From Mesotaenium endlicherianum (Eukaryota), in the NCBI GenBank assembly GCA_009602735.1, contig WELA01003054.1:132408-166370 (forward strand): a stretch of 33,963 bases of DNA, read 5' to 3'. Position numbers and translations under genes: made by a program. Shown here in pieces: positions 12,907 through 26,359 of the stretch. Each line of letters begins with the position of its first letter. Within the stretch, counting starts at the first letter, position 1. Below the pieces are notes generated by a model. The model saw only the letters and a program-made list of their open reading frames with translations. It did no database searches and was not told the origin of the DNA.

Positions 12907-15900
12907 GAGAGGGCGCATCAAGTCGGACTTCCAAGTTGCGGTACCGTGTCCGCCAGGACAGAGGCCACCCTTGCCACTTGGCAGAAGACGGGCAGCACAA
13001 GCAAAGTTCCTCGCACGCTTGCATTTGCAGCGGGCGTACGCAGGAAGGACACTTGATAGATGGCTTCAAAGCTCCTGCTGCTGGGAACGAGCATTGCAGG
13101 TCCTCAGCCGAGAGCATCAGGGGCAGGAAGGGGGGGCAGGAAGTACAGGCATCAATGGTCCCAGATCTGACGAGCTCTTCCCAGCAGAAGCACGGACGGG
13201 TGTGCTACATACACAAGCCGGAAGAACCGTCTTGCTGAAGGCCGGGCTCTGAGCTCGCCGAGCCTATGCGCTCGACTAGCTCTCGTAGCCGAACTATGGG
13301 AAGTTAGTCTGGACGGAGTGGAGTGGACGGGGAGGGGCAGAGAGTACGAGAGGATGGAAAGAAAAAAGAAAGCAAGGAGGGGAGGGGAGGGGAAGGGAAG
13401 GGAAGGGAGGGGGGGGGCAGGTAAATTGGACTGGGAGGCGAGAGTATTCACCCATTGCTGGATGACGCGGCGCTGGATCAAGCTCAGGCGCTGGATGGGC
13501 CCCAGCCTGGCGTACTCCAAGATCACCCAGAAGAACTGGCAGCCACCAGCACACACAACAAGCAGCAGACAGCACGCAGCACGCAGCACACCAGCACGCG
13601 CGCACGACAGTCAACCATACAGTGTCAACTTCGGAGACTTTAAGTTCCGAGGCACAGGTGCTGTGCTCCCAGCCTCAGTAAGGGAGTACGAAGCATACAG
13701 CGGGCAGAAGTGCAATGCCTCTGCGCGGCTGGCAATTGAGAGCCCTGTTGGCGCGCTAGATGGTGATGTAGCTACTTGGATGAAATGCCTGCCCTGCCTG
13801 CCTGCAGGTGCAGACGCATGCGCAAGCATCTCACCATGGTAAATGCACGGCCAGTCATTTCCTCTGAAGGGCAAGAACCTTAGCAAAAAAGCAGTCAAAC
13901 AATCAATAAGAGGTGAAAGCCAACCGCACTGAGACTGTGACGGGCGGGAACAGAGGGCAGGGACGGTGGGAGGGACAGACGGAGGGAGGGAGACAGGGAG
14001 GGAGGAGGGAAGGTGGTGAGTACCTGGCACGGGTACGAGGACGAGTTGGCTGCTTCGGGGAGGAGGTTGAGCAGAGTCTCCACAAAGGCGTCCACGAAGA
14101 GCACGTCCTGCGGCCGCCCGTTGGCCGACTCGTAGAACAGCGACTTGCCGCCCAAGAAGTTGACGGAGCACGACAGGCTGTGCACCACGATCTGGGCAAA
14201 CATCTGCATGCGCATCCACGGGGACCGACTCATCAGTCACCAACCAAATTGAGCAGGAGGGCGGGGGGGGGGGGGAGAGACGACAAGGGAGCATTTGAGG
14301 GCTGAAGGTTCTGGTAATGACGTCTTTCCTTTCTCTTTTTTGTTGGAGAAGGACCAAAACGAGGAAGGGCAGGCATGAAGGCGTGAATAATCTCAGAGAT
14401 GTGCAAAAGCAAGCAACCAAAGTAACAGCATCTGGTGCTGCACCTTCAGCCACTTTTTGGTTTCCACCCGACAGCGCCGAGGCACTTTGCGGTTCATGCC
14501 TGTGAAGACGCTGCCATGTGCTGCCAAGGGGACAACTTTTGGTACCCGTGCTAAGATAACAATGACATGAGCTTGAGCATTTCACGACATCTTGCTACAG
14601 AACAATTCGCCTGAGTACAGGCCAAAGCCTCTCTTCTTCCTCAAGGCAAGGGGTAGGGGAGTAGAGAAGGGGAGGACAGGGGGGGAGGCAGGACCGAGGC
14701 AAAGCACCCACTGAGCTAGAGGAGAGCAGCGAGAGAGAGAAGCACAGAAAAGCACAACACAACGTGTAGGGAGAGGACAGAGGAGGGGGGGAAGCAAGAG
14801 AGAGAGGTGGGAGTGGAGGAGAGGGGTGGGTCAGACCTGGCGGACGTCCTCCACAGGGCACTTGAGCAGGAACTGCACCAGCCAGCGCGGCTGGCTCACC
14901 AGCCGGGCCTGGAAGAACTTGCACGCCTGGTGGCTCACCCCCAGCAGCTTGAACACCACGCCCTGTCCAGACCACCCAATCCATGCATAGAAAAGGTGAG
15001 TGATTCTTTGGGGTGGTTTTTGGGGGGGGTGAGGGGGGGGGGGAAGCCACAGGAATGCAACGGGATGATAGGGACGGAGGGGAGACTCACAACTCAAGTG
15101 AGTCTACTACAGAGAGCACGGGAGCCATCTTTCAGCCCATATCACTCGATACCCAATGAGATGAGCGCTGGAGGAAGGGAGGAGGGAAAAGGGAGAGATG
15201 GGAAGGGGGGGGGGGTTGTGAATTTAAAGAAGAAAATTAGAGCCGACGGGGTGAGTGACTCAGGGAGTGTACCTTCCACACCAGCATGTCTTCGCGAAGA
15301 CTGGCGTGGGCGCGCAGGTACACGCGACACAGCAGCTCTAGGGTGAGCTCCACCGTGAGCTTGATGAGCTCTGTGATCTCACGCTCACTCAACCTGGGGC
15401 TGTCAGAGCCGCTCTCCACACGCACCACGCTGCCGCTGCCGCTACGGCTCTCGCTGTTCAGGTGCACCAGTTGCCTGCACCAGGACAGCCGCAAGGCGCA
15501 GCACAAGGTTAGCTTTAGCACACGACTGCGTGCACGTCACTCTCTCTCACACACACAAGCTCTCTTCTCTCTATCTTGTTTATAAGAACTCCCTTCCGTA
15601 CTTTGCCCTCATGCAAGCTCTTCAATGCACCCACGAAGGCCCTATCTTTCTCCCTCACTGGCAAAACCAGATGCCCTAACTCCCATCAATTCCCTCTCAA
15701 ATTCACCTCTAGCATTACAGCTCAAATCCAGCGCCAGGGCCGCCTAGCCTGTGAAGAAGTGAGTGAGAGGAGGGGTGGGACGAGCACGCAGCAAAAAAAT
15801 TGGGGGTGTGCGTGTTGGGGGGGGGGGGAGAGGGGCAGGCTGGCTACCTGGCAGCCAGAGCCGTATTCTGGTCCACGAGCTCGCTCAGGAACTTGAAGTA

Positions 15901-18900
15901 CTGCTTGTCCAACAGATGGCTCTCGTGCACAAACCTGCAGCAACCCGCCCCCCCACCCCCCGCCCAAGGGCATGCGTTGCATAACGGATGTCAAGGAGAA
16001 TAAAGTGAGACTGACTTAAGCTGGCGAAGAGACTAGGTTACAAGTTATCCTTGCAGAAGCTGCATACATATACATCAAGGTGTCCCTCCACATGTATAGA
16101 ACAGAGTACAAAAGATTCGTGTGTGCATGCAAGCACGCGCGGGCACGCACACACACACACACACACAGACACACACACACACACACACAAGTACATGCAC
16201 GCACATGCATGTGCATAGGTTTGAGCCTTTCACAAAGACATGGAAGTCTGCTAGGCCTCCACATTGTAGGTCAGAACGGGGTGCACACTCTAAATGCAAG
16301 TCAGTCAACGACAGAATATATCGCAGACCTTCGTTCAAACGTGGATTGCAAACAAGATCATTAATCCTGATGTTTGTGTACACGTGCGTGTGTGTGTGTG
16401 GAATGATATTCCCATTGAAGTATTTCAATGTCAGAGATACAAAGCCATCCGGCGAGTTCCCATGCATGGGCTTGCAAAGAGAAAGAGGCCTCACCTCAAA
16501 TTGTTTTGCCACAGCACTTTATGAACAGACGGTGGGATGTGCGTTGCCTTTCCTCTGCTCACCAGGTCATTTGAACCAACCACACATTGACAGGTCAGCC
16601 ATGTAGACCAACGAATCATGTCGCCCCAGCAGGCGACAGAAGGAGCTACAAGAAAGCGGGAGAAGAGGAAGAGGAAGAGGAGTGAAAGAAGCACAGCCTG
16701 CTCGAAGACAAACACAGTCTAGTTTTGTCGTCGCTCTCCTCAGAGGAAAAGAGAGGTCCTACTTGCAATGGCATAAACCAGTGGGTATTCTACAATATTG
16801 CATTGACTGTGTAGCCGGGGTCCTGGCCTGGTTAGTAGGCCTGGCAATGGACGCAGGCAAGGCAAGGCAAGGCAAGGCAGCGTGCTTATGGGCACCCCTT
16901 GCACGTGCTACTGGGGTGAAAGTAGAGATTGTCGGGCCCCTGCTTTTGCAGCTTAAGAGACTGCAAAGTGCAAAAATCGAGGGGGGAAGGTCGATGTGAG
17001 GTGAAGGGTGGGTGTAAGAGGGGACAAGGGGTGGGAGCATACTTGAGGTCTTGGGGCGTGATGTCGGCCATGACAGCATCCTTCTCCTCAGATGGGGCTG
17101 CTGCCACAGACGAGAGGACGAGGAAGGCTACGGAGAAAATGTCACAATGACGAGCAATGAGATGCTGAAAGCCAATCATGAAGGCCTCACCTGCCTCATC
17201 TCCCCACCTGCCCGTCTGTCTGTCTACCTATCGCTCAGTCTATTGGCTTTTCTGTCTCTGTCGGTCTGTCAATCTCTCAGTTTTGTGTGCCTCCTGTCTT
17301 TGCACCCATAAGGGGGTATGCAATGTCGGACATACAGGGAACACCTAACTTGTAACGCAAGTGTGGAGCACCAATCTGAAGAAGACGCATGGCTGCAGCA
17401 ATTGATTCTACACTGCTTGGTTGCTCAACACAAATGGAAGAAAAGAGGCGAGGGAGGGAATTTGTACCTGGGCCACTAGCAAGTGTACTGACAGGCCCCG
17501 CAGACTCAGCCAGCAGCGAGCTCTGCATGCCAGGTGGCGGAAGCAACAACAGGAATGCCACATCAGCACAGCCTACTGTCAGCAGCTCCGGAAACTAATG
17601 ATTTGTATTGAGAAATTTTTTAAATCAAACCATGTCTGACAACTGCATCCAGCAGAGAGCAGAGCAGATGGGCGTCTCTGCTCGCAGACAAAGTGCCAGC
17701 GTAATACTGGATTTTGTGGTTTCTTCAGCTGTGCAGACTGCATGTGAAGCACGTGCGCTTTGCGATGCAAACGAAAACAGGGACAGCAGCAGAGGGCATA
17801 GTAAAGAAATTGCAACGCATACCTGAGGCACAGTGCGCTCGTAGAAGAGCATGTACGCGCTGTTGGGCCGATCATACTCCTGTAGCAGCAGAAGCAGCAG
17901 CAGCAGCACAGACACTTCAGATATGAGCAGCAAGTGTGAACCAGCTGGTTGTGCAGGCAGGTGGAGACAGGACTAAGCTGCAGGCACGAGACAGGGAGCT
18001 GGACGCCTCTACTTATTCCAGCAGCGTAGCTCTAACACACACGTCATCACCCCCCGTGCAAGATAAATAGCAACGGGATGGTGGGGTAATGACCGCAGAG
18101 CATAACCACGAGCTGCACACCCCCTCCCCCCCCTTTCCCCCCCCCAAAAAAAAAGTTCCCGACGCACACACCAGCGGGAGCCGGGCATAGTGGCCAAGGG
18201 CATAGCATTCGCCACACACAAGCTGCTGTACTGCCAATAGGGTGGTGAGCTTTGGAGGACTCCTATGGAGGGCGTACGCGGCTTGGCAATCTCACGTGTT
18301 TGATAGCTAGCAAGTCACGCTGATGCGTTTATACACACTGTTGTGGTGGGCCTGGTGCGGCCTCTGCTTAACTGGAGCATGGGCAAAAGAAAGAAGAGAA
18401 CGCCATGCGATTGTCAATCCATAGAGCCACCTTTGTTCTCTCTCCCATGCCACTTGATCAGGTATATAACATCACATATATACATGGAACACCCCTCTTC
18501 TGGTAGTATCCAAACCTCATGCCTCTAGGGTAGATTAAAAAATCTAGATTTGAGGGGTGAGGACTCTGGAGGCCTCAGCATAACAATGCCAAGGCTACCT
18601 GACTGGCACGAACTAGCCGACTTGACACAAAGCTGCACCGCACAGCCACAAGAGTGTCGGCGGGGGAGAGGGGCTGGAAGAAAGAGGCACAAGGGCAGGG
18701 GGAGAGAGAGCTGGCAGGCACCTGGGGGGTGGACATCTTGGACATGCTGTCGTACACGTCCATGGAGTACTTGCCCCCAAAGCAGTCCTTCTCCAGGTCC
18801 TTGATGTCGTATGGCTCCACACGCTTATCGTCAAACGCCATCCACCTGCCCCATGCCCGCCCGATTTGAGGCCGCCAGGTCAGGAAGAGAAAAGAGGAAA

Positions 18901-21900
18901 CGAGCAGTAGACATGCATTTTTACACACACACACATAACACAAGCACGCTCACGCACAGGGACATACACGCCCACACATGCACACACACAAGCACACATA
19001 CAGGCAAGCACGCACGCGCGCGCGCGCACACAGACGCACACGCGCGCTCATACACATCGGTGCACGCGTGTGCGCGCCCTCGAATACGCTGGTGGATCGT
19101 GAGACCCTGCAACACACACTCGCACAAGCGCCCTTGCCTTCCGGGGCAATGATGGAGGCAAGGCAAGCAGCTCAGATGCCCAGACGAGCAGCACATGGCA
19201 CCACATGCCCAACCCACAGGGTGGTCCCAATCCACACACCGCAATCAAGAAGACAAAGAGCGGTGGCACGGCCGGATAAGACACGCACAGCGAAACGATG
19301 TCGCCAAGATGGAAGGAAGACAGCAGGATCGCACGACACCACAATTTGGACAGACGACATTCTTGCATCGCAAGACCGATTTGCAACTAAGCCCGCCCCT
19401 GATTTGTGCTTCATTCTCAATGCCAGAATGCTCAAATTCTCCCCCGCACATTACTGTGAACTCCCCCTATGTCCAGACAGAGCAGGGCAAAGCAGAGCGG
19501 GGCCAGAAAAAGGAGGCAGAGGGCAGCAGGGCGCACCCTCCAGACTCGGGCCCGGCGGCGCCGCCGCGCGCTTCATCGCGCTCCTTGATGTACGCATAAT
19601 AGTGCCCCGCAAACGCGGTGCCCGAGTGCACCACCACGCCCACCAGGCTGTACTCGTAGTACGCGTCCTCCCTCACCGAGATGTCCAGCACCTCCTCCAC
19701 TCCCTCGGAAGCCTGAGCCTGAGCTGAAGCTCCCGGAGCCGGAGCCGCAGCTCCATTTTTGTCAACACGAGCTCCTTCAACGTGACCGCCGGCCTCCACC
19801 CTGCTGCCGCCTCCACCTGCACCTGTGCCAGTCTGAGCGCCCGCCACTTCTCCGCTGCCGGGGCCGGCAGCGTCCATGCTGCTGATGCCGTTGTGGGCCC
19901 TGGAGAGGGCCTCGTCGCCGCCGGCGCCGGCGTGGGCTGCTGCAGCTGTAGGTCCCCCCTGGGCAGCAGCGGCGGCGAGATTGCTGCTGCTGCCGCCGGC
20001 ACCGGTGCCGTTGTCCTCGTCGGTGGTGGTGCTGAGCGACAGGTTGCGGCTGCCCAGCTGGCCGCGGGGGCTGGTAGCCTGCAGGCGCTCGCGCAGCGCC
20101 AGGCCCTCCACGGTGAAGGGCTTCATGTTGAGCTGCAGGGGGAACTCGAAGTGGTCCTTGAGCTTGAGACGCTGCATGGTCTCGTAGTCGAAGTCGAAGC
20201 GCTTGAGGTGCACCACCAGCGTGTGCGGCAGCGATTTCACGCACGCGCGCTTCAGCGCATCCACCTGCAGCGCGGCGGCCGCGGAGGAAGAAGCGCAGCA
20301 GGCCGGGAAGGCAAGCCGCCAGCAGCAGCAGCAGAAGGAAGTAGCATGTGAGGTCAGGGATGCAAAATATATCTCAGCAGAGGCTGCAAAGGAGAGAGTC
20401 ATTTGTGTGTGTTTGTGTATGTATGAGTGCGTGTTCACAAGGGGGCAAAGAGTAAGAAAGCTGTACATGCCAAATATACGGCATGATCATTAGGCAAGCT
20501 CAAAGCAATATCAAGAACTGAGAAGGGGAAAGAGGGGTGAAATGAGGCTTTTGGTACCCAATCCAGAGCACCTTGCTCCTGGCCCCTTGGAAATCCACTT
20601 GCATGATTATCAGCGCAATTGATTTTCTCATTCCACAATCCTGGGCTCACCTTCGTCTTGCACTGCTCGCAGTAGTAGGCGTTGTCGGCCTCCAGCAAGT
20701 CGCCGCGCACAAACGACTCCAGGGACTCCAGCAGGTCCCGCTTGTTCTTCACATCCACGCTGATGGCGGCAAACGGTTCCTCGCGCTCGCTGCGGTGGGA
20801 GCAACCCCGGCTGATCACCTGCACACACACACACACGCACGCAGACACACGCACAGGCACGTAAGCACACATGCACACACACACACACACATGCACTCAC
20901 AGTAAGTAACACGCGGGCGTGCACACGCACTGGTTTGAGTGCAAAACCGTGGGCTCCAGTCTGAAGAGTAAGGTGCCCTGACTGGATTCAGGACGCGAGC
21001 AAGCGCAGGCTAGCGAGCGCGTCCTCCGTACCTGCTGTGCAAAGGTGCCCCCGAAGATGTTGGCCAGCGTGGGCGTGTAGTGGATGCTCTTCAGCGTCTC
21101 CTCCACCGAATCGTACAGGCGCGTGAAGAACTCAAACGCGTCCTGGTGCTCGCGCAAGTTGATGGGCATCCCGTCGTAGTCGCGGTACGCCAGCCAGAAG
21201 CCCTCGGGCACGTAGTGATCCAGGCTGCTCCCCAGAAGGGCTCCAAACATACTCTGCAGCAGCAGCAGTGGTAGCGGCGGCAGAAGCAATGGCAGAGGCA
21301 GCAGAGGCAACACGCACACACCCCAAGAGGACGTGATCTGTCAGTCCAATGACAGAGATAATAGTAGCCTGACGTGGGGGAGAGTGCGTGGGAGCAGCGT
21401 GCTCCTTCGGGACAAGCAGCGCAGAGCAGGGCAGTGCAGTGCAGGTGCCCTGCCACAGGTGCTGCAAGGAGGAAGAATGTGTCTACGTTTGTATGCACTT
21501 ACGAGTCTGCCTGTGCATGTATGCGAAAGGGAGTGGGAGGGGAGCCACATCATGATCTAGGCACTAAAATCTTGACACATAGTCGCCGACAACAGCAGAC
21601 ATGCCTGTCGTTGCATATGAAAGAAAAATGCACGGAAGACAAGAGGCGGCCGCTTCCAGGCAATCGCGTCTGCAGCACACACCTGCACTTGGTAGAAGAC
21701 GGAGTTCTGCTTCTCCTTGTCGTCGCACTCGGCGCAGGCGAGCACGCTCTTGCGCACCTGCGGCTGCATGTAGAGCTGCTGGAACACCGAGTTCATGTAG
21801 CAGGTGGCCCCTGCCCACCACCACCAGCCAGCAAGAGAGACAACGAGAGAGCAGAACACGCATGGAAAAAGGAACAGCGCAGAGAGTTGTCAGAGAGCTA

Positions 21901-23899
21901 TACTGCAGTTCAAGCCTGATAGCAGAGAATTAGAAGCCCTCTCTCGCATCCCGTGAAAGTGAAGGCCACCTACGCCGTCCCAGACAGGCAACCTCACATT
22001 TAAGCTCGGCCTTGCACGGTGGTGAGGGTAACCAAATTCTAGTGTGTGCTGATGTTCACGTAGGTGCACGGCGGAAGTTTGGCGTGTTATGAGGGATGAT
22101 ATAAAGGTCCACGGCGTCCTCTCTCAAAGGTAACAGACTGGGTGCACGGGCCTTCGAAGGCGAGAGCGAGGCAGCGCGTGCAAGCGCACAAAAAGGAGAG
22201 CGTAGGCGCAGGCACTGACCCGCGTTCTTGAGGCCGACGTAGCCATCCACCGGCTTGCGCCCGTACGACGGCAGGTACTCCCACTCGGCAATCCACTCCT
22301 CGCGGAAGTGCAGGCACGTGAGCATGGACACGAGCGTGCGCAGGCTCTCCAGGCTGTGATACACGAGGATGAGGAGCAGCGAGAAGGCCTCGTGGCGCGT
22401 GCGCGGCGTGCCGCACTTGGCCTGCAGCAGGCCCTCCTCCTCGACGGGACCCTTGAGCACCCCAAACTGCATGTTGGGCGACACCACGGGCACCGCCCCC
22501 ACCCCCAGGCCGCCGCCGTCCTCGGGGCCGTCGTCGTTCTCCAGGAACGTCAGGATCTCGGGGAATAGGCACTCCTTCACCAGCTGCAGGAAGAGTAGGG
22601 GCGAGAGAGGAGGAGACACAAGGTGGGGGAACAGGAGAAAACAAGGGAAGGGGGAAGAGGAGGAGAGAGCGGGAGAAGAAGAGGGGGAGGTGCGAGGGGG
22701 GGATATAAGATGAGAGTGAAAGCAGTGCTGGCTTAAAAAGGATTAATGCATCTCTCCCAAATGCTTAAGAGCTGTCCACCTCTTGCAACTTGCAAAAAGA
22801 AAGAGAGGGAGGGAGGAGAAGCTGAGGATGGGAGACTACGGGCAAAGCTATGATATGTGCAAATCTTCCTCCCTGCTATGGTATGCATATGATAGGGGGG
22901 GGNNNNNNNNNNNNNNNNNNNNNNNNNNNNNNNNNNNNNNNNNNNNNNNNNNNNNNNNNNNNNNNNNNNNNNNNNNNNNNNNNNNNNNNNNNNNNNNNNN
23001 NNNNNNNNNNNNNNNNNNNNNNNNNNNNNNNNNNNNNNNNNNNNNNNNNNNNNNNNNNNNNNNNNNNNNNNNNNNNNNNNNNNNNNNNNNNNNNNNNNNN
23101 NNNNNNNNNNNNNNNNNNNNNNNNNNNNNNNNNNNNNNNNNNNNNNNNNNNNNNNNNNNNNNNNNNNNNNNNNNNNNNNNNNNNNNNNNNNNNNNNNNNN
23201 NNNNNNNNNNNNNNNNNNNNNNNNNNNNNNNNNNNNNNNNNNNNNNNNNNNNNNNNNNNNNNNNNNTGTGTGTGAAAAGAGGGGGGGGGGGGGAGTAAGC
23301 TCAAGTGTGGACCACAAGGTGGCAAACATGCGCAGGTACAAAGCTGATGCAAAGCATAACACAACACAGGAGCACAATGCGTGCTTAGGAACACCTGGAG
23401 CACACCGACGCAGGCAACGTGCTAAAACAAGCGAGGATACCTGGTTGCTGTCGTCGGTCACGGGAGTTGCAGACTCGAGCCACGCATGCTCCTCGTCCAG
23501 CTGGCTGGCAGCAAGCTCCTCATCCTCCAGGCTGTAGGGCAGATCCTCCACCAACTTGCCCAGCAGCTCCCAGAACTGCCCCCTCCGAAACGGGCAGAAG
23601 CAGCAGCAGCAACGGAAGGAGCGGCAGCAGATGGCCGCTTTAGTCAGGTAGTGTCTCCACAATTGACCCAAACATAGCACATATACTCACATGCAGCAGC
23701 GGCAGCAGGTGCCCATCTCTAGTAAGATAGAGTAGAAGATTGACCAGCATATGACAGCTACACTGACCAACAGGTAAACGATACCAATCCTGGCGTATTC
23801 GCAGTAGGCGGCTTCTGTCAGAGGGAATGCGTGTAAAAGAGAAACATTGGGAAAATAGAGGGAGAGGGGGAGGAAAGGGGGAAAGGAGAGGCGTCTCCT

Positions 23900-23991
<92 letters not shown>

Positions 23992-26318
23992 AGGGGGGGA
24001 AGAGGTGGGAAGGAAGGACGCGTCTCACATATCCACACTGGCAGGGCTCACTGTCGGCAGCGCCCTTGGCCTTCATGAGGATTGCCAAGATGTGCTTGTG
24101 CGCAGGCGGCTCTTCCTCCTCAGGGCCCACCCGCTCCCGACTGCAAGCCACGGGAAGTAACAAGGACAGAGAGAGGCACTGACAAAATAAGACGGGAGAA
24201 AGGAAGGGAGCGAGAGGGCACGGGGGCATGGGGCAGGGAGCGGGGGCATGTAGGTGGCGCGAATAGAGGGGCGCGTCACAAGGAAGAGCCAGGAGGTCGA
24301 AAATGCCAAAGGATCCTGGGTACTGCAAACACTACAAAAAAACCTTGGGGTTGGCCAAACCCCACTTTCCTTGAGGCCTGATTGCACCATCCCCTTTTCT
24401 CTTCAAGCTCCAACTGGTAATCACTCCCTCTTGCCGTTCTTATAACCGGATAAGGTGGTGAAGGAGGTTAAGCTGACGCAGCCAAGGCCCAAATTTGACA
24501 AGTCTCAGCAGTGAAGCCACATTGAGTGTAACCACATAACAAGGTGCAGGGGTAGAGTGTCGCCCCCCAGAAAACAAAAAAACTCCTAGAGCCCAGACTA
24601 GTAGTCAAAGAGTACAAGATGCTCCTGTCCAAATGTCGCCAAGGGTACGAAACTCAGCTAAGAGTACGAGATGCTCCATTTAAGGGCAGGTCAAATGCTC
24701 GCCGTTACAGGCAACAAACTCGCCTCCTAAATTATAAAGCAACAGCCTGCTTGCGTGCCAAGGCATCTCCTTCTTTAGCGTGGAGAGCAACAATATACAA
24801 AAAGAATAAAGACACAAGTTGCAAGCCGGTGGGTCAAAATGGCAGAGCGAGGCGGCGAATGTACCTCAGCTTCAGAAAGAGCTCGGCTGAGCGCAGGCGG
24901 ATAAGCAGCTCGGGACAGTGGATCACCATGTCCTGCACAACCAGCCATGCATTGGGCAGCATCATCATCTAGAGCACAGGCAAAGTCAGCCTACCTTGCC
25001 TGGCACAAACTAGATAACACGAGAAGATACAGGATGAGAGGGGTATGCATGAGAGCAAATGGTGCCTGCAGTCTACCTCCCTAACAATGTATTTATAGAG
25101 AGCTACACGTCAACACATATTGTGAGGCAGAGAAAGAGAGAGAGACAGGCAGGGACTACAGCACGAGCACAACTGCCAGCCCCACGCACAGGAAGAGACA
25201 GAGAGAGAACAGGCATGGCTGTCCACCACAACCAAGCAGGCCCGCCACGCCTGACTTGCTAACCTGGAGCACATCACTAACCAGCCCTGGGCACAACTGC
25301 AGGGACGGAGCCCACCTCAAGGAACAGGGCCGTCTGTGGTGCGCTGCAGTACGCGCCCAACACCGCTTTCCGCTTCAGCAAGCAGTGTTGCTGCCGCCGC
25401 CGACACCGGCCCCCACCCCCTCGCACGTACGCCCGAGCCAGATGCATGCACAGAGGGAGAGAACGTGAGTATGCAAGCACCTCGCCAATAATTCCAGCAA
25501 CCTCGGGAGCAATCCCACCCCGAAAGTTGATTCTGTAACGGTCCAGAGACTTGCACAATTTTTACCCTATAATGGACACTTTTCTTGCAAGTGGGGGACT
25601 GGGAGGAAATGGGATCGCGAGAAGAACAAGATTTGTGTCCAACCCCTGCAGGGGCTACTCACCAGGATGAAGAGAGACTCCTGGCAGAGGTACACGTCCT
25701 GCGAGTCAAAGCCTTCCTCCTCTTGATCCCCGGAGAGCGCCGGCCTCTTCTTGGACAAGTTCTGCCCCCACAGATGCGCGCCCGGACATGTCAGAGGTCA
25801 GCATCTATTCTAATAAGGTCAACTGAAACGTACAGATGTATGTTTTTTGGGCATCTATATTGCACCGCTTCCACTGCCATTGGCATTGAGCTTGACAAGT
25901 GCATCAAATCGGGAGCATCCAGTGGGCGAGCAAGCAAGCCAGCAAGCGAGCAAGCTGAACGCTTTTGATGCTGAAATAGCCGGAAGATATATATGTGGCG
26001 TGACTGCACAACGCCCACGTACGCACCCACACACAAGAGGAGAGGCCTGCACGCGAGCGTGTATGCACGCATGCAGCACAGCAGACATGCGTGCATTTTC
26101 GCTGCGCGGCACAAGGATGGCTGTAGGTGAGGGGCCCTTGGGCGTGCGCGATGTGCACCTTTTGGCGAGACTCTCGGAGAGCCTTCGAGAACTCGGGCAA
26201 AGAGAGAGAGCCCCCCATGGCCTCAATGTGGCCCAGCCCTGTGGCCCATGCCAGGTTGGTGGCGACGGCCATCACGTGATCCAGGTCGATGGGCTCAGCC
26301 GGCTCCAACACCTGTCCG

Positions 26319-26359
<41 letters not shown>

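Noticed and set aside
12050..13117. 355-aa minus-strand ORF
   Set aside because: Only 12565-12679 is an exon; the rest is intron read-through including a (CT)n tract.
13611..14585. 324-aa minus-strand ORF
   Set aside because: It overlaps the true exon 14024-14203 in a different frame and is low-complexity intron elsewhere.
16756..16830. Candidate extra USP exon
   Set aside because: Not needed for phase continuity (17043 joins 16554 in frame) and no family-like sequence.
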